A stretch of 64,000 bases of DNA from Methanomicrobiaceae archaeon (GCA_022837745.1 JALHIW010000005.1:16458-80457), one strand, 5' to 3'. Counted from the first letter of the stretch, positions 19,186 through 31,144 are shown. A program made the numbers and translations. The notes: a model not told the origin generated them from the letters alone.

Positions 19186-21723
19186 ATGCCGTACTATCAT
19201 CTTCGTGGTGGAGGGTTGCCAGAACTGCTTGCGCCGGCGGGGTCTCCTGAGGCTCTGGCTGCAGCAGTCAGCGCTGGTGCCGACGCCGTCTACCTTGCCG
19301 GGAGACGGTTCGGTGCCCGGCACTACGCGGCGAACTTCTCGGAGGAGGAACTCGTCTCCGCCATTGATTACGCCCACCTGCGCGGTGTCAGGGTCTATGT
19401 CACCGTGAACATCCTGGTCAGGGATGCAGAACTCTCCGATCTGGCCCGATACCTGAACCGTCTCTACGAGATCGGGGCAGACGCCGTCCTGGTTCAGGAT
19501 CCCGGTGCGGCGGCGCTTGCACGGGAGGTCGTCCCGGACCTCCCACTCCATGCATCCACCCAGATGACGATACACAACCGTGAAGGCGTTCTGAGGGCCG
19601 CTGGAGAAGGCTTCTCCAGGGTGGTTCTGGCGCGGGAACTCACCATTCCAGAAATCGAAGATATAGCGGCCGATCCCGGTGCACGAGGGGTGGGTCTTGA
19701 GGTCTTCGCCCACGGTGCCCTCTGCTACTCTTACTCCGGTCAGTGCCTCCTCTCCTCGGTCATCGGCGGCCGCAGCGGGAACCGCGGGATGTGCGCCCAA
19801 CCGTGCCGGAAACCCTACCGGCTCGTGGCCGCCGGGGTGGACGAATACGGTCGGCCGGGAGAGCTGGAGCCCCTCCCCGTGAATGACCGATACCTTCTAT
19901 CTACGCGGGACCTCTGCGTCTACCCCTACCTCGATAGGCTGGTGCGGGCACCGGTGGCCTCGCTAAAGATCGAGGGCAGGATGCGTTCTCCCGCCTACGT
20001 CGCCATTGTGACCCGGATCTACCGGCGTGCTCTCGATGCGATCGCCGCCGGCAACGACTGGTCGCCATCAAGGGAGGATCTGCGGGACCTGGCGCTCGCG
20101 TTCAACCGGGAGTTCACGGAGGGCTACATCCTCGGCGCCCGCGATATCATGGCCCGCGACCGGCCCGGGAACCGGGGGCTTCTCCTCGGGCGGGTCACCG
20201 GTTACGACCCGCGGAGAGGGGAGGCAACCGTCCGCCTTGCCGGGGATATCGTGCCCCGTTCAGGCGACGGGCTGGTCTTCTGCAGAGATGACCCTGCGAT
20301 GGATGTGGGAGCGGTTGTCCGGCGGACCTCCGCCGTCAGGAACGGCACGCTGCGACTCAGCGTCCCTGCGCCGGTAACGCCCGGTGCACGGGTCTTCCTC
20401 ACAAAGAGCATGGATCTTGAGGACGGGGCAAAGAGGATAATGGAGGCGCCCCCCGAACCGCTGCAACTAGATCTTCTGGTCACCTGGGATGGAGCGACGC
20501 CCTGCCTGGAGGCGGTCGTCGAGTTGCCGGGCGGCAAACCGCTTCGGGTGCGTTACCGCCCCGATCTCCAGATGGATGCGGCACGGAACCGGCCGCTGAC
20601 CGAGGAGCAGATAGCCGCACAGTTTGGGAAGACCGGGGGGACGCCGTTTGTGATAAGGAGCATGGATATCCGCTACCCGGGCGGCCTCTTTGCCCCGCTC
20701 GGAGAGTTGAACCGCGTCCGGCGGGAGTTTCTCGAGCGGGTTGAGGAGGCCGTCCTTGCCGCGCGACGCCCGGACGCGGAGGCGGTTCATGCGGCCCGGC
20801 AACGGCTTGAAAGGGCGCTCACCGGGATGGAACAAGCAGCGGCGCTCAACCGGGGACGCAGCGTCCCGTCGGTCTCAGTCTACACCGACACCCTGGAGGG
20901 TGTGGAGACTGCTGTCAGTGGAGGGGCTGGGACGGTCTACCTGGAGGTGGCCGCCGTTCCCTCTCTCCTCAAAGAGGCTGCCAGCGTCTGCCGGGACGGC
21001 GGTGCGGAGGTTGTCTGGAAATGGCCGACAATCACCCGGAGGTCGTTCCTGGACGCGGCGACGCCCATCCTGCCGTCGCTATACGGGGCAGGCGTTAGCG
21101 GGGTGATGGTGAGCGGGATGGGCGCTGCTGATGCTGTGAGGCGGGCCGAACCGCGGATGAACCTCTACGGGGCCGCCGGACTGAACCTCTGGAACCATCG
21201 CACCGCCGCGAGACTGGATGGGCTGTTCCTGCGGTGCACAGCATCCCCGGAGCTCCCGGCCGACGACCTCGCCGGGCTTGCAGCCTCGACCGGCGGGACC
21301 CTGGAACTCGAGGTGCTGGTCCAGGGCAGCATCGAGGCGATGGTGAGCGAGGACCGGCTGGTGGGAGGCGTCGCCGGCGAAGCAGGTTGCAGCAGAGGGT
21401 TTATCGGGCTGCAGGATGGGCGCAACCGGGTATTCCCGCTCAGGTGCGACTGTGAGGGCAGGACTTGCATCGCAAACGCGGTTGAGACCTGCCTGATCGA
21501 CCACCTCCCGGAGATTGCGGAGATGGGTATAGACTCCGTTGCCATCGATGCACGGGGCCGGGGCCCCCGCTACGCCGGGGAGATGGCCCGCTTCTACCGG
21601 GCCGCGGTCGATGCTGTGGCCCGTGGGGACTTCGGTCTACTGCCCGGACTCAGGAACGAGGTGAAACGGCGGGCTCTCGGCGGCATCACCGGCGGGCATT
21701 TTGTCAGGGGTATTGAGGGTTGA
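19186..21723 (+). CDS. Peptidase U32 family protein with DUF3656-like region (RNA-hydroxylase-like)
   Basis: [29 protein letters not shown] and LKIEGR motifs; 845 aa. Confidence 0.88.
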   Translation: MPYYHLRGGGLPELLAPAGSPEALAAAVSAGADAVYLAGRRFGARHYAANFSEEELVSAIDYAHLRGVRVYVTVNILVRDAELSDLARYLNRLYEIGADAVLVQDPGAAALAREVVPDLPLHASTQMTIHNREGVLRAAGEGFSRVVLARELTIPEIEDIAADPGARGVGLEVFAHGALCYSYSGQCLLSSVIGGRSGNRGMCAQPCRKPYRLVAAGVDEYGRPGELEPLPVNDRYLLSTRDLCVYPYLDRLVRAPVASLKIEGRMRSPAYVAIVTRIYRRALDAIAAGNDWSPSREDLRDLALAFNREFTEGYILGARDIMARDRPGNRGLLLGRVTGYDPRRGEATVRLAGDIVPRSGDGLVFCRDDPAMDVGAVVRRTSAVRNGTLRLSVPAPVTPGARVFLTKSMDLEDGAKRIMEAPPEPLQLDLLVTWDGATPCLEAVVELPGGKPLRVRYRPDLQMDAARNRPLTEEQIAAQFGKTGGTPFVIRSMDIRYPGGLFAPLGELNRVRREFLERVEEAVLAARRPDAEAVHAARQRLERALTGMEQAAALNRGRSVPSVSVYTDTLEGVETAVSGGAGTVYLEVAAVPSLLKEAASVCRDGGAEVVWKWPTITRRSFLDAATPILPSLYGAGVSGVMVSGMGAADAVRRAEPRMNLYGAAGLNLWNHRTAARLDGLFLRCTASPELPADDLAGLAASTGGTLELEVLVQGSIEAMVSEDRLVGGVAGEAGCSRGFIGLQDGRNRVFPLRCDCEGRTCIANAVETCLIDHLPEIAEMGIDSVAIDARGRGPRYAGEMARFYRAAVDAVARGDFGLLPGLRNEVKRRALGGITGGHFVRGIEG

Positions 21724-21820
21724 GGGTCGTCCCGCAGGATTGGTTGGGGTTGATGAAAGACCGCGGCCTGCATCAGAGTTAATACAGGGTGGAGCAACCT
21801 ATCAGACAGACGTGATGGAT

Positions 21821-22489
21821 ATGGATTCGCCGTTCATCCTGATCAACCTCAAGACCTACAAGGAAGGTATGGGCAGCAACGCCCATCGGATAGCTGCTGC
21901 GGCCGAGACCGTTGCAAAAGAGAGCGGAGCAGTCATAGGCATCGCGCCGACCTTCACCGAACTCCACCCGATGAGCCACCACTACTCGATCCCGGTCTAC
22001 GCCCAGCATATCGACCCGATCAGCCCTGGTGCCCATACCGGTCATATTCTTCCGGAATCTGTCCGGTCTGCGGGTGCCCGTGGCACCCTGATCAACCACT
22101 CCGAGCGCCGTCTCACCCTTGCGGATATCGACGCCTGTGTTCAGGCTGCCAGGAGGCTCCGCCTTGAGTCGGTCGTCTGCACAAACAACGATGCTACCAG
22201 CGCTGCCGCCGCAGCGCTCGGCCCCGACTACGTGGCGATCGAACCCCCTGAGTTGATCGGGAGCGGGGTATCGGTCTCAAAGGCCGATCCCGGTATAATC
22301 GAGCGTTCCGTCAACGCAGTCCGGGGGGTTAACCCGAACGTAAAAGTCCTGACGGGGGCAGGGATCCAGTCCGGCGAGTGCGTGAAGATCGCCATCGATC
22401 TCGGGACATGCGGCGTTCTCCTTGCCTCGAGCGTGGTCAAGGCTGAAGACCCCGAGGCGGTCCTCCGTGACCTGGTCTCCCTGGTGTGA
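21821..22489 (+). CDS. tpiA: Triosephosphate isomerase (archaeal type)
   Basis: [20 protein letters not shown] and LLASSVVKA motifs. Confidence 0.96.
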   Translation: MDSPFILINLKTYKEGMGSNAHRIAAAAETVAKESGAVIGIAPTFTELHPMSHHYSIPVYAQHIDPISPGAHTGHILPESVRSAGARGTLINHSERRLTLADIDACVQAARRLRLESVVCTNNDATSAAAAALGPDYVAIEPPELIGSGVSVSKADPGIIERSVNAVRGVNPNVKVLTGAGIQSGECVKIAIDLGTCGVLLASSVVKAEDPEAVLRDLVSLV

Positions 22490-22598
22490 CTGCTCCCCCT
22501 CCTCTCGTCGGAGGCATCCTTGGGATGTTACCCCTGAGATTGCAGCCCCAATCTCATAGCACTACATACATCATACGTTATTATAGTTTCTGGCGGAC

Positions 22599-22636
22599 GG
22601 GCTAACCCCCGCCATTGAAATGGCGGGGGTTAGCCC
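22599..22636. repeat. Perfect 17-bp palindrome with TGAA loop (IS200/IS605-end-like hairpin or bidirectional terminator)
   Basis: GGGCTAACCCCCGCCAT-TGAA-ATGGCGGGGGTTAGCCC between convergent genes. Confidence 0.8.
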
Positions 22637-22646
22637 TGCTTTGATC

Positions 22647-23210
22647 CTAAAAAACCTGCGTTATCAGCGAAATCAGGTCGTGCCTGGTGATCACACCCTG
22701 CACCTTCCCTTTCTCGATGACGATTACAGCATGACTGTGGCGCAGCAGGTGGACGACCGTGTCTATCGGCGTTGTTGGGGGGACCGTCGGGAAACCCGGT
22801 TCCATGTAGTCCCTCACCACCCGCGGACATTTCTGGTAAAGTCCTCCCTCTTCCATTGCGTTCGTGATGGCCGACTCGGATATGCAGCCGATGGGCACCC
22901 CGTTCTCGAGCACGGGCAACTGTGATATGCCTTTTTTCCCCATGATCTCGATGGCGCGGCTGACGGGATCTTCCGGCGTGACTGAAAAAACCGGGGAGTG
23001 CATCACGTCGGCCGCTGTTACCGCCGACTTCTCCGCTGCCTGCAGGACGTTCACGATCTTTGCGAGCGTGCTGACTCTCGGATCCACGCTGCCCGCCTCT
23101 ATCCGCGCCACCATGGACTGGCTGATTCCGGCCATTCTGGCCACATCAGCCTGTTTTAAGCCCATCTGGATCCTTTTTGCACGAAGTTCCGCTGGAGTTG
23201 GGATCTCCAT
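22647..23210 (-). CDS. HTH_3 plus CBS-pair transcriptional regulator
   Basis: LKQADVARMAGISQSMVARIE HTH followed by tandem CBS domains. Confidence 0.9.
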   Translation of the reverse strand: MEIPTPAELRAKRIQMGLKQADVARMAGISQSMVARIEAGSVDPRVSTLAKIVNVLQAAEKSAVTAADVMHSPVFSVTPEDPVSRAIEIMGKKGISQLPVLENGVPIGCISESAITNAMEEGGLYQKCPRVVRDYMEPGFPTVPPTTPIDTVVHLLRHSHAVIVIEKGKVQGVITRHDLISLITQVF

Positions 23211-23468
23211 TTGATTACCCATAGTAATTTTTTACAATATATACCTGCCTGCGGGCCGTGAGCGTGAAAACCCGGTGAGACCGGTAAGCCGCAGACCTGA
23301 TAGCGGGGATATGGGCAGATCCCCGGCGGATCCGTCGTCCATGACCGGGTTCATCAAACCAGGGCACAGCCTTGAAGACACTCTGTTCTGGCAGCCTCAG
23401 GATTCTCAGGCGCAAAAGGGTGCATGACAGGTATTTAAGTGATACAGCATGGAATACATCCAGCAGGT

Positions 23469-24098
23469 ATGAAGATCGTCGTATCAGTGGACGACCCCGC
23501 CCTCATCAGCGGGGTGCTGGAATACAACCCGGCGTTCATCGAGATCAGGCTCGACCGTATGGAGGGCGACCTGCTGAATCACGTCCGTGCAATCCGGGAG
23601 ATGACCGCCATCCCCCTGATCGCCACGCTAAGGAGCAGGGAGGAAGGAGGGGGCTTTGTCGGCGATGCCGACCTCTGGGCCGGGATAGTCGGGCCGATTG
23701 CAGGCTACGTCGATATAGTTGATGTCGAGACACGCTACAGCAAGCATGCCCCCTCCCTCAGGAGCCAGGGGGCCAGGATCCTGGCCTCCCTCCACACAGA
23801 CGATATGCCCGGCCAGGCAGACCTGGAGAGGATCGAGAGGACGCTCAGGTCGTACGGCGATATACCGAAGATAGTCGTTCGGCCCGAAAACCTGGACGAA
23901 CTCCTCGACCTCCTTCGGTTCACCGCAAATGCGCAGAAACCAATCTGCACAAGCGTCATGGGCGGCAGGTTCCGTTTCGCCCGCGCGATCCTGCCGCTCT
24001 TCGGTTCAGAGTTTGTCTTCTGCCACGCGGGGAGACCGATGGCCGAGGGGCAGTACCATATCCGGGAGATGCGCGAGATCGCTGAACTGTTGGGGTGA
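23469..24098 (+). CDS. aroD: Type I 3-dehydroquinate dehydratase
   Basis: [20 protein letters not shown] and SVMG motifs; adjacent to the aro operon. Confidence 0.85.
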   Translation: MKIVVSVDDPALISGVLEYNPAFIEIRLDRMEGDLLNHVRAIREMTAIPLIATLRSREEGGGFVGDADLWAGIVGPIAGYVDIVDVETRYSKHAPSLRSQGARILASLHTDDMPGQADLERIERTLRSYGDIPKIVVRPENLDELLDLLRFTANAQKPICTSVMGGRFRFARAILPLFGSEFVFCHAGRPMAEGQYHIREMREIAELLG

Positions 24099-24129
24099 GG
24101 CGGCGGGTAACGCCACCGCTGTGCAGGCG

Positions 24130-25125
24130 CTAATCCCAGCCGCGGTACTTCGCCTCTTCGAGCATCGCGTCGATGATCACGAGCGCAAGCATACACTCTG
24201 CAACAGGGAGGATCCTGGGAGCGATGCAGGGGTCGTGCCGCCCTTCGATCCTTATCTCGCGTTCAACCCCGGCGAGATCGATCGTCCGCTGAGGGCTGCG
24301 TATCGAGGGGGTCGGCTTGACGGCAAGTCTGACGATTATATCCTCTCCGTTGGTGATCCCGCCAAGGATGCCGCCGGCACGATTGCCTGCAAACCCTTCC
24401 GCGGTGATCGCGTCGTTCATCTCGCTCCCGAGGAGACGGGCTGCGCCGAACCCCTCACCGATCTCGACGGCCTTCACCGCCCCGATACCCATCATGGCGC
24501 CGGCGATGGCGGCATCGATTTTTCCAAAGACCGGGTCGCCAAGACCAGGCGGGCAGCCTGAGGCGATCACCTCGACTATCCCGCCCACGGAATCGCCTGA
24601 ATCGCGTGCGGCGCGGATCTCTGCCTCCATCGCTTCACGTCCCCTCACCCCGTGCACCTCGACGACCTCACCACGGATCGCGATGCCGCGCGGCGCAAGC
24701 CAGCGGATCGCCACCGCACCGGCAGCGACCCGCCCAACCGTCTCCCGGCCGGAACTCCGGCCCCCGCCACGGTGGTCGCGCAACCCGTACTTCGCCTGCC
24801 AGGTATAGTCCGCATGCCCGGGACGGTAGACATCCCTGAGCGCGTCGTAGTCCTCCGAACGGACGTCCTGATTGAGGACTATAAGGGCGATCGGGGCGCC
24901 GGTCGTCCGCCCTTCAAACGTCCCCGAGAGGATCTCCACCCGATCGGGTTCCCTGCGCCCGGACTCAAGCGGGCTCTTCCCCGGCCGCCGGCGGTCGAGG
25001 TAGGGCTGGATATCCCCTTCCGTCAGGGGCATCCCCGGCGGGCAGCCGTCGATGACCACACCCACAGCCCTGCCGTGACTCTCCCCGAACGTCGTGCACC
25101 TGAAATTTCTGCCGAACGTGTTCAT
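24130..25125 (-). CDS. aroC: Chorismate synthase
   Basis: [21 protein letters not shown] and GRHDPCI motifs. Confidence 0.96.
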   Translation of the reverse strand: MNTFGRNFRCTTFGESHGRAVGVVIDGCPPGMPLTEGDIQPYLDRRRPGKSPLESGRREPDRVEILSGTFEGRTTGAPIALIVLNQDVRSEDYDALRDVYRPGHADYTWQAKYGLRDHRGGGRSSGRETVGRVAAGAVAIRWLAPRGIAIRGEVVEVHGVRGREAMEAEIRAARDSGDSVGGIVEVIASGCPPGLGDPVFGKIDAAIAGAMMGIGAVKAVEIGEGFGAARLLGSEMNDAITAEGFAGNRAGGILGGITNGEDIIVRLAVKPTPSIRSPQRTIDLAGVEREIRIEGRHDPCIAPRILPVAECMLALVIIDAMLEEAKYRGWD

Positions 25126-26486
25126 GAAAGCACCTCCCGAACCTCTTCCGGCGAGACCGCGATCCCGGTGATCAGCCGGAACTGTTCCACCGCCTGGTGG
25201 ACGAACATCTCCGTCCCGGGTATGGCCTCGCACCCTGCCTCCCTCGCCGCCCGGATGAGCGGCGTAACCGGCGGGGTGTAGACCAGATCAAAGACCGTCA
25301 TCCCCTGCTCCAGGTCGCCGGCGTCAAGCAGGCTCCGGGTGTCCGGCTCCATCCCGACCGGGGTTGCGTTCAGCACCACATCGGCCTTGCACCCCCTGAA
25401 ATCTTCCAGCCCCCCCCACCGGCAGTTGAAACGTTCTGCAAGTCTCCGTGCAGCATCTGGCTTCCTGGCAAGTATCGTCACCTCCATATCGAGCGAACAG
25501 AGGGCGTAGACCGCCGCGGCCGCCGCACCCCCCGCACCGAGCACAACCGCCCTGGCGCCCTGCCGGTGGAGAAGCGGCGTCCGGACACCCAGCCAGTCGG
25601 TGTTATGCCCGTAAGACCTGCCACCGCACCTGACCACGGTGTTTGCTGCACCTATTGCCGCCGCATGCTCGTCCACCTCGTCCAGGTAACGCATCACATC
25701 GGTCTTGAACGGGATGGTGACAGAGAGCCCCTTTGTCGGCAGCAGGGATGCCAGACGGATGATCGTCCCGACGTCCGGCCACTCGAACCGGGTATAGTGG
25801 TAGTTCATCCCGAACCTTTCAAAGAGCCGGTTGTAGAGGAGCGGGCTCCTGCTGTGGGCGCAGGGGTAACCGGCGATGCCGCAGACCATCAGCCCCGGGT
25901 CGCGGCCAAGCATCTCCCGCAGACTGGAGAGCCCGAACCGCTCCAGGAGGCCGTCGCGCTCGCGCCGCCCTTCCAGCGGGAGAGCATTCTCACCGCGGAT
26001 ATCCCTGAGGATGATACCGGCAACCTCAACCGGCGTTCGGGAACCGGTATCCACACAGGCATCTGCGGCGCCAAGGTAGGCGTCCTTTCGCCTGGCAAGG
26101 AGGCTGCGCACCTCCTCCTCCGGCGGGAGATCGGTCAGCCCCGGGCGGTCGCTCCCGGCGATCCGCTCCCCTATGGTCTCCGGCGAGGCGGAGAGGAGGT
26201 AGACCCTCCCATGCCGCCGCAGGTCGGCGACGTTTGCGGGGTCGCAGACCGCACCCCCGCCGGTGCTGATCACCCCCTCCACACCCGCAAGCGACTCGAT
26301 AACCCCGCGTTCGAGGGCGCGGAACCGCGCCTCGCCGTGCTGCCGGAAGATCTCCGGGATCGAGACCCCGGCCGTTCGCTCGACAAGCATATCGGTATCA
26401 AAGAAGGGCAAATTCAGGCTTTCAGCAAGGATCCGCCCGACCGAGGTCTTCCCTGTCCCCCGGTAACCGATGAGTATGACCCTCAC
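25122..26486 (-). CDS. Fused P-loop shikimate kinase / shikimate dehydrogenase
   Basis: N-terminal GYRGTGKT and ISTGGG; C-terminal HSRSP, SVTIPFK, NTD and GAGGAA. Confidence 0.88.
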   Translation of the reverse strand: MRVILIGYRGTGKTSVGRILAESLNLPFFDTDMLVERTAGVSIPEIFRQHGEARFRALERGVIESLAGVEGVISTGGGAVCDPANVADLRRHGRVYLLSASPETIGERIAGSDRPGLTDLPPEEEVRSLLARRKDAYLGAADACVDTGSRTPVEVAGIILRDIRGENALPLEGRRERDGLLERFGLSSLREMLGRDPGLMVCGIAGYPCAHSRSPLLYNRLFERFGMNYHYTRFEWPDVGTIIRLASLLPTKGLSVTIPFKTDVMRYLDEVDEHAAAIGAANTVVRCGGRSYGHNTDWLGVRTPLLHRQGARAVVLGAGGAAAAAVYALCSLDMEVTILARKPDAARRLAERFNCRWGGLEDFRGCKADVVLNATPVGMEPDTRSLLDAGDLEQGMTVFDLVYTPPVTPLIRAAREAGCEAIPGTEMFVHQAVEQFRLITGIAVSPEEVREVLS

Positions 26487-27751
26487 AGCAGCCCCTCCCC
26501 GGAGAGAGACTCCCAGAACCCCGGAAAAGACTTCTCCACGCATCCCGGGTCCCGGATAACCATCCCGCCGACCGCAAGACCGAGGACGGCAAACGCCATC
26601 GCCGTCCGGTGGTCGCCGTGGGGGTCGACAGCAATGCCGTGAAGCGGCGCAGGGCTGATCCTGATGGAGTCCGCCGTCACCTCGACCCCCGCACCCATCC
26701 TGCGCAGGGTCTCCGCCGTCACCGCTACTCGGTCGCTCTCCTTGTAGCGCAGGTGCGCCGTCCCGGTGATCGTCGTCGGCGACCCTGCCACCGCCGCCAC
26801 TGCTGCCAGCGTCTGGACGGTATCGGGGGAGGAGGACATGTCGATCTCGATACCTTCAAGACCGCCCGTCCGCTCGACCGTCACCGCGTCATCACTGGAA
26901 GCAACCCGGCAGCCCATCGAGACGAGGGCGTCCAGGAACCGGCGGTCACCCTGAACGGATGCGGGGTTCAGTCCCCTGACCGTGACCCGGCCGCCGCATA
27001 TGGCCGCGATCGCAAAGAGGTATGACGCCGATGAGAAATCGCCCTCGATCCGGTAATCCCTCCCCCGGTAAGGCACGCCGCTCTCCACACGGAACCATTC
27101 GTAGCCCCGCCGTTCAAATCGGGCGCCGAACTCCCGCATCACATCCAGTGTCAGATCCAGGTACGATCGCGAGGCAGGTGGCGCCGGGAGCGTGACCTCC
27201 ACATCCTCCTCCGCGCAGGGCGCTGCCATCAGGATGGACGAGACGAACTGGCTGCTCACGCTCCCGTCGATCTCCGTCCTCCCGCCGCGAAGTCTCCCGG
27301 ATATCCGGACCGGCGGGTAGCCAGGCCTGCCTGGAAAAGTGACCTCGCCACCTAGCCCCTCCAGCGCCCTGGCAAGTGGGCCGATAGGCCGCTCAAGCAT
27401 CCTGGAACTCCCGGTCAGCACCACCGGATGGGGGGCAAGGAGCGCCACGGAGGCAAGCAATCGCAGTGTCGTCCCCGAGTTTCCGCAGTCGATGGTCACC
27501 TCACCCCCTGTCCGGAAGGTGCCGGCGCAGCCGGTGACAAGAATCCCTCCGGGCCGCCACTCGACCGGCACCCCCAGAGCCTCAAGCCCCCCGGCGGTCA
27601 GTTCCGTGTCGACCGCCCGGAGGGGGTTGGTGATGCGTGTCTCTCCCTCCGCGAGCGCTCCCGCAATCAGCGCCCTGTGGGTGTAACTCTTCGACGGCGG
27701 GGCCTCAAAGACCGCTTCGACAGGGCCTGTCCGCGAAACCCTGACTATCAT
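26483..27751 (-). CDS. aroA: EPSP synthase
   Basis: PPSKSYTHR, CGNSGTTLR, SSQFVS, KESDR and DHRTAM motifs. Confidence 0.96.
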   Translation of the reverse strand: MIVRVSRTGPVEAVFEAPPSKSYTHRALIAGALAEGETRITNPLRAVDTELTAGGLEALGVPVEWRPGGILVTGCAGTFRTGGEVTIDCGNSGTTLRLLASVALLAPHPVVLTGSSRMLERPIGPLARALEGLGGEVTFPGRPGYPPVRISGRLRGGRTEIDGSVSSQFVSSILMAAPCAEEDVEVTLPAPPASRSYLDLTLDVMREFGARFERRGYEWFRVESGVPYRGRDYRIEGDFSSASYLFAIAAICGGRVTVRGLNPASVQGDRRFLDALVSMGCRVASSDDAVTVERTGGLEGIEIDMSSSPDTVQTLAAVAAVAGSPTTITGTAHLRYKESDRVAVTAETLRRMGAGVEVTADSIRISPAPLHGIAVDPHGDHRTAMAFAVLGLAVGGMVIRDPGCVEKSFPGFWESLSGEGLL

Positions 27752-28542
27752 ACCCCCGGCACCTCCAGGCGGGGATAGCACCCGAGTTCTCTCAAGTTTG
27801 TCATGCCTCTGAGTTCCTCCTCTGCCTCAAGCCAGCCTTCGGAGATCTCAAGGTCGATGAAGAAGATGTACTTCCCGATCCCCCTCCGGGACGGCCGCGA
27901 CTCTATCCGGGTCAGGTTGATCCCGCGCCTGGCAAAAACCCCCAGGATATCGGCAAGGAGTCCAACCCGGTCGATCTCCGGGTCAACCAGGAGACTGCAC
28001 TTTGTGCATCCTGCAAGATCGCGGGGGAGAGGGGAGATCTCGACAAACCTGGTGGTGTTGTCCCTCCTGTTCTGAACGTCCCTCACGGCGATCGGGAGGC
28101 TGTAGATCCGTGCCGCCATCTCCGAAATGATGGCGCCTGCGTTCTCGTTTCGCTGCATAGCAACCGCGCTCGCAGCGTTGCTGCTGGTGTGGACGACCTC
28201 CACCCCGAGATCGTCGAGGAAGATGGAGCACTGCTCGTGTGTCTGTGGGTGGGCGTAGATGACCGAGAGGCGGGAGGGGTCGTACCGGGCCGCAAGGTGG
28301 TGGCGAACGGGCATGTAGGCCTCGGCGGTGATAGAGACCTCAAACTCCATCAACCCCTGGAGCGTCTCTCCCACACCTCCGGCTTCCGAGTTCTCGATCG
28401 GCACAAGCCCGCGGCCAGAACCGCTCGCCACCCTGGCTATGATCGAGCGGATCGTCGGCAGGAGTTCGATATCATCGCCGTATAGCCGTGCTGCAAGGTC
28501 GTGGCTGACCGTCCCGGCCGGGCCGAGCGTCAGGACGGTCAT
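27748..28542 (-). CDS. pheA: Prephenate dehydratase
   Basis: VPIENS, NTTRF and NLTRIESRP (ACT domain). Confidence 0.93.
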   Translation of the reverse strand: MTVLTLGPAGTVSHDLAARLYGDDIELLPTIRSIIARVASGSGRGLVPIENSEAGGVGETLQGLMEFEVSITAEAYMPVRHHLAARYDPSRLSVIYAHPQTHEQCSIFLDDLGVEVVHTSSNAASAVAMQRNENAGAIISEMAARIYSLPIAVRDVQNRRDNTTRFVEISPLPRDLAGCTKCSLLVDPEIDRVGLLADILGVFARRGINLTRIESRPSRRGIGKYIFFIDLEISEGWLEAEEELRGMTNLRELGCYPRLEVPGV

Positions 28543-29366
28543 CGGCCGCTCACCACGTGGTTGATCAGGTCGTCGGTCTCTTCGGTCGCGGACTCGAGGT
28601 AGGAGGCGTAATGCGCGGCATTGGCGGCAAAGAACTCCTGGAACCGGTCGGCATCCCCCGACTCGACGATCTCGCGGAGCGCCCGGACTGCCTCCTCGAA
28701 CCTGGCAAGCACCTCCGGTACTGCCGGGTTCATCTGGAGGATATCCCCGTAGAGTCCGGCGTCCTGAGCAAGGATCCGCCCGACAAGTCCCATCTCGATC
28801 CTGTATATGGGGCTTGTGAAACGGAGAGACTCCGCGATGTCTGCTCCTGTCCTGCGAATGGCCTCTGCCTTTGCAAGCGTCACAAAGTGGGTGAGACCCT
28901 GGATCACCGCCATCATCCGGTCGTGATCCTCCGGTGTCGAGATGGTGATCTCCGCCCCCTGCTCACGGAATACGGAGAGAAGGGTATCGAGGGTCTCCTG
29001 GCTGCAGCGCGCCGGGGTTGCGACGATCGTCTGCCCCCGCAGCGACGCGACGCCCGGCCCGAACATCGGGTGAAGCCCGATCACCTCCGCACGGGAGGCA
29101 AGCATTGCCCGGACGGGTTCGACCTTGAGGGAGGTGAGATCGCAGAAGACCTGGTCTTCCGAGAGCAGCGGCGCGATCTCGCGTATAACTTCCGCGGTGG
29201 CGCGGATCGGCACCGAGACCAGCACAAGGTCGGCCATCTCCGCAACATCCCGGTTCGTGAGCTCGGTCCTCCTCCCGGAGACGACCGTCTCCCAGCCCGC
29301 CGTCTGGAAGACACCGGCAAAGAACCGTCCCATCTGACCCGTGCCACCGATGATACCTGCAATCAT
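28539..29366 (-). CDS. tyrA: Prephenate dehydrogenase
   Basis: GGTGQMG, HPMFGP and HDRMMAVIQGLTH motifs. Confidence 0.92.
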   Translation of the reverse strand: MIAGIIGGTGQMGRFFAGVFQTAGWETVVSGRRTELTNRDVAEMADLVLVSVPIRATAEVIREIAPLLSEDQVFCDLTSLKVEPVRAMLASRAEVIGLHPMFGPGVASLRGQTIVATPARCSQETLDTLLSVFREQGAEITISTPEDHDRMMAVIQGLTHFVTLAKAEAIRRTGADIAESLRFTSPIYRIEMGLVGRILAQDAGLYGDILQMNPAVPEVLARFEEAVRALREIVESGDADRFQEFFAANAAHYASYLESATEETDDLINHVVSGR

Positions 29367-29370
29367 ACCG

Positions 29371-30357
29371 TTACTTCTCCAGGATCATCTCTCTGACAGC
29401 AATCCCGAAGTGTCGACCGCCCTCCGCCAGACTGCCGAGAACCCGGTCGCCCACCGCCAGGGCGGCGACCGATACAGCCGCACCACCCTCCCCAACAAGC
29501 CTGATCGTCTCGGCGTTCTGGAGCACCAGACTCACCTTCGCCTCCCCTGACCTCGCCTCCACCAGGAGGAGAGGGCGGCGTTCGATCTTCAGCCTGCCGA
29601 CGACCGCTTCGTGGGTCTCGCCCGAGTGCTCCACGATCAGCACCCGGTCACCCACCGAGAGGTCTGAGAGGTATGCGGTCTTCCCGTCAGGGAGGAGGGT
29701 GTAGGCGTGCACCGCTCCGGCGTTCACCCGGAACGGGCGGGGCGCCACATATGGGTTTTCCAGTGTCTCGGGGTGCACCAGGAGGAATGCCGACGAGGTG
29801 TTGCCGACGAGCATCCCCTCCCCATTTGCAAGGATTGAACATGTATCCACACAGACCCGGTCGCCCATCCCGACAGGGGTGATCCGGGTCACCTCGAACG
29901 GAACGAGAGGGACGGGCACTGTTGTACCGGCGATCACCTCCGCCACCCGACGGATCTCCGCCGGATCATCGGTTGAAAGCATGATCCCCGCCGCACCACG
30001 CTCGAGAACGGTCAGAGCGACCTTCGCCTCCTCGGCGTTCGAGACTGCAGCGATGATCCTCTCTGACTGCGCTACCAGGTTCTCGAGGGGGATCACCGTC
30101 CAGTCCTGTGTCCTGACGATCACCTGGCCCTGCCGGGAAAGCCGGAGCGCCTCCTCTTCGGACTCTTTATCAACGATCTCAACCTCGAAGAGATCTTTCC
30201 CCGGAACCAGGTCACCGTCTGGTGCGATCGTCGTCACCCGCCCGAGTTCCCGAACACGTTCTGCGTCATCGACAAGCAGGGCGTCGGCCCCGCTCTCGAT
30301 CGCAGTGGTCGCGAGGTTCTTCCTCCACGGCCGGACATCAACCCAGAACAATTTCAT
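29371..30357 (-). CDS. 3-dehydroquinate synthase II (AroB')
   Basis: GDRVCVDTC, RPFRVNAGAVH and LQNAETIRL motifs. Confidence 0.93.
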   Translation of the reverse strand: MKLFWVDVRPWRKNLATTAIESGADALLVDDAERVRELGRVTTIAPDGDLVPGKDLFEVEIVDKESEEEALRLSRQGQVIVRTQDWTVIPLENLVAQSERIIAAVSNAEEAKVALTVLERGAAGIMLSTDDPAEIRRVAEVIAGTTVPVPLVPFEVTRITPVGMGDRVCVDTCSILANGEGMLVGNTSSAFLLVHPETLENPYVAPRPFRVNAGAVHAYTLLPDGKTAYLSDLSVGDRVLIVEHSGETHEAVVGRLKIERRPLLLVEARSGEAKVSLVLQNAETIRLVGEGGAAVSVAALAVGDRVLGSLAEGGRHFGIAVREMILEK

Positions 30358-31139
30358 TGCGTCGTCTCCAGGGCCTCGGTGGGGCTTACACCCTCATGCA
30401 CCACCCGGCAGACCGCGGCCACGAACCGGGCGGGATCGTCGCGCTGGAAGGCGTTCCTTCCCATGCAGACACCCGCAGCGCCCGCATCAACAGCATCACG
30501 GATGGTCATAAGCGTCTCCATATCGCCACCCTTCTCGCCTCCGGCGATCAGGACGGGCACCGAACAGGCGGCGGTGATCTGACGGAACGAGTCCGGATCC
30601 CCGGTGTAGTTAGTCTTGATCAGATCGGCGCCAAGTTCCTCGGCAACCCGGACGCAGTGCCCGACCGTCTGTGGTGATACAGGATCGATCCCCTTGCCAC
30701 GGGGGTAGATCATGATCAGGAGCGGCATACCCCAGCGGTTGCAGTCCCGCACAACCTCGCCGGCCGACTCGATCATCCGCGATTCGTTCGGCGCGCCAAG
30801 GTTGACGTGGATCGATATACCGTCGGCGCCGAGGGCAACCGCTTCCTCAACGCTGCAGACAAGGACCTTGTCGTTTGGGTCCGGGTTCAGCGAGGTGCTC
30901 GCGGAGAGGTGGACGATGAGCCCGATATCCTTTCCGCTCTTTCGGTGCCCTCCCTTCACCATGCCTTTGTGGAGGACAATGGCGTTTGCACCCCCTTCGC
31001 TTACCGCGTTGACGGTCTCTGGCATGTTGCGGAGCCCCTCGATCTGCCCCATCGTGAACCCGTGATCCATGGGGATGATCACGGATCGCCCCGTGTTCCG
31101 GTTCATAATTCGCTCAAGACGGATCTCTTTTCCAATCAT
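30354..31139 (-). CDS. 2-amino-3,7-dideoxy-D-threo-hept-6-ulosonate synthase / class I aldolase (AroA'), copy 2
   Basis: PMDHG, HLSASTSL, ELGADLIKTNY and GRNAFQ motifs. Confidence 0.88.
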   Translation of the reverse strand: MIGKEIRLERIMNRNTGRSVIIPMDHGFTMGQIEGLRNMPETVNAVSEGGANAIVLHKGMVKGGHRKSGKDIGLIVHLSASTSLNPDPNDKVLVCSVEEAVALGADGISIHVNLGAPNESRMIESAGEVVRDCNRWGMPLLIMIYPRGKGIDPVSPQTVGHCVRVAEELGADLIKTNYTGDPDSFRQITAACSVPVLIAGGEKGGDMETLMTIRDAVDAGAAGVCMGRNAFQRDDPARFVAAVCRVVHEGVSPTEALETTQ

Positions 31140-31144
31140 TGTTA

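Noticed and set aside
25197-26642. Long antisense ORFs (for example 25197..26642, 10207..11463, 56762..57928)
   Set aside because: Shadow frames of well-supported genes, common in high-GC DNA
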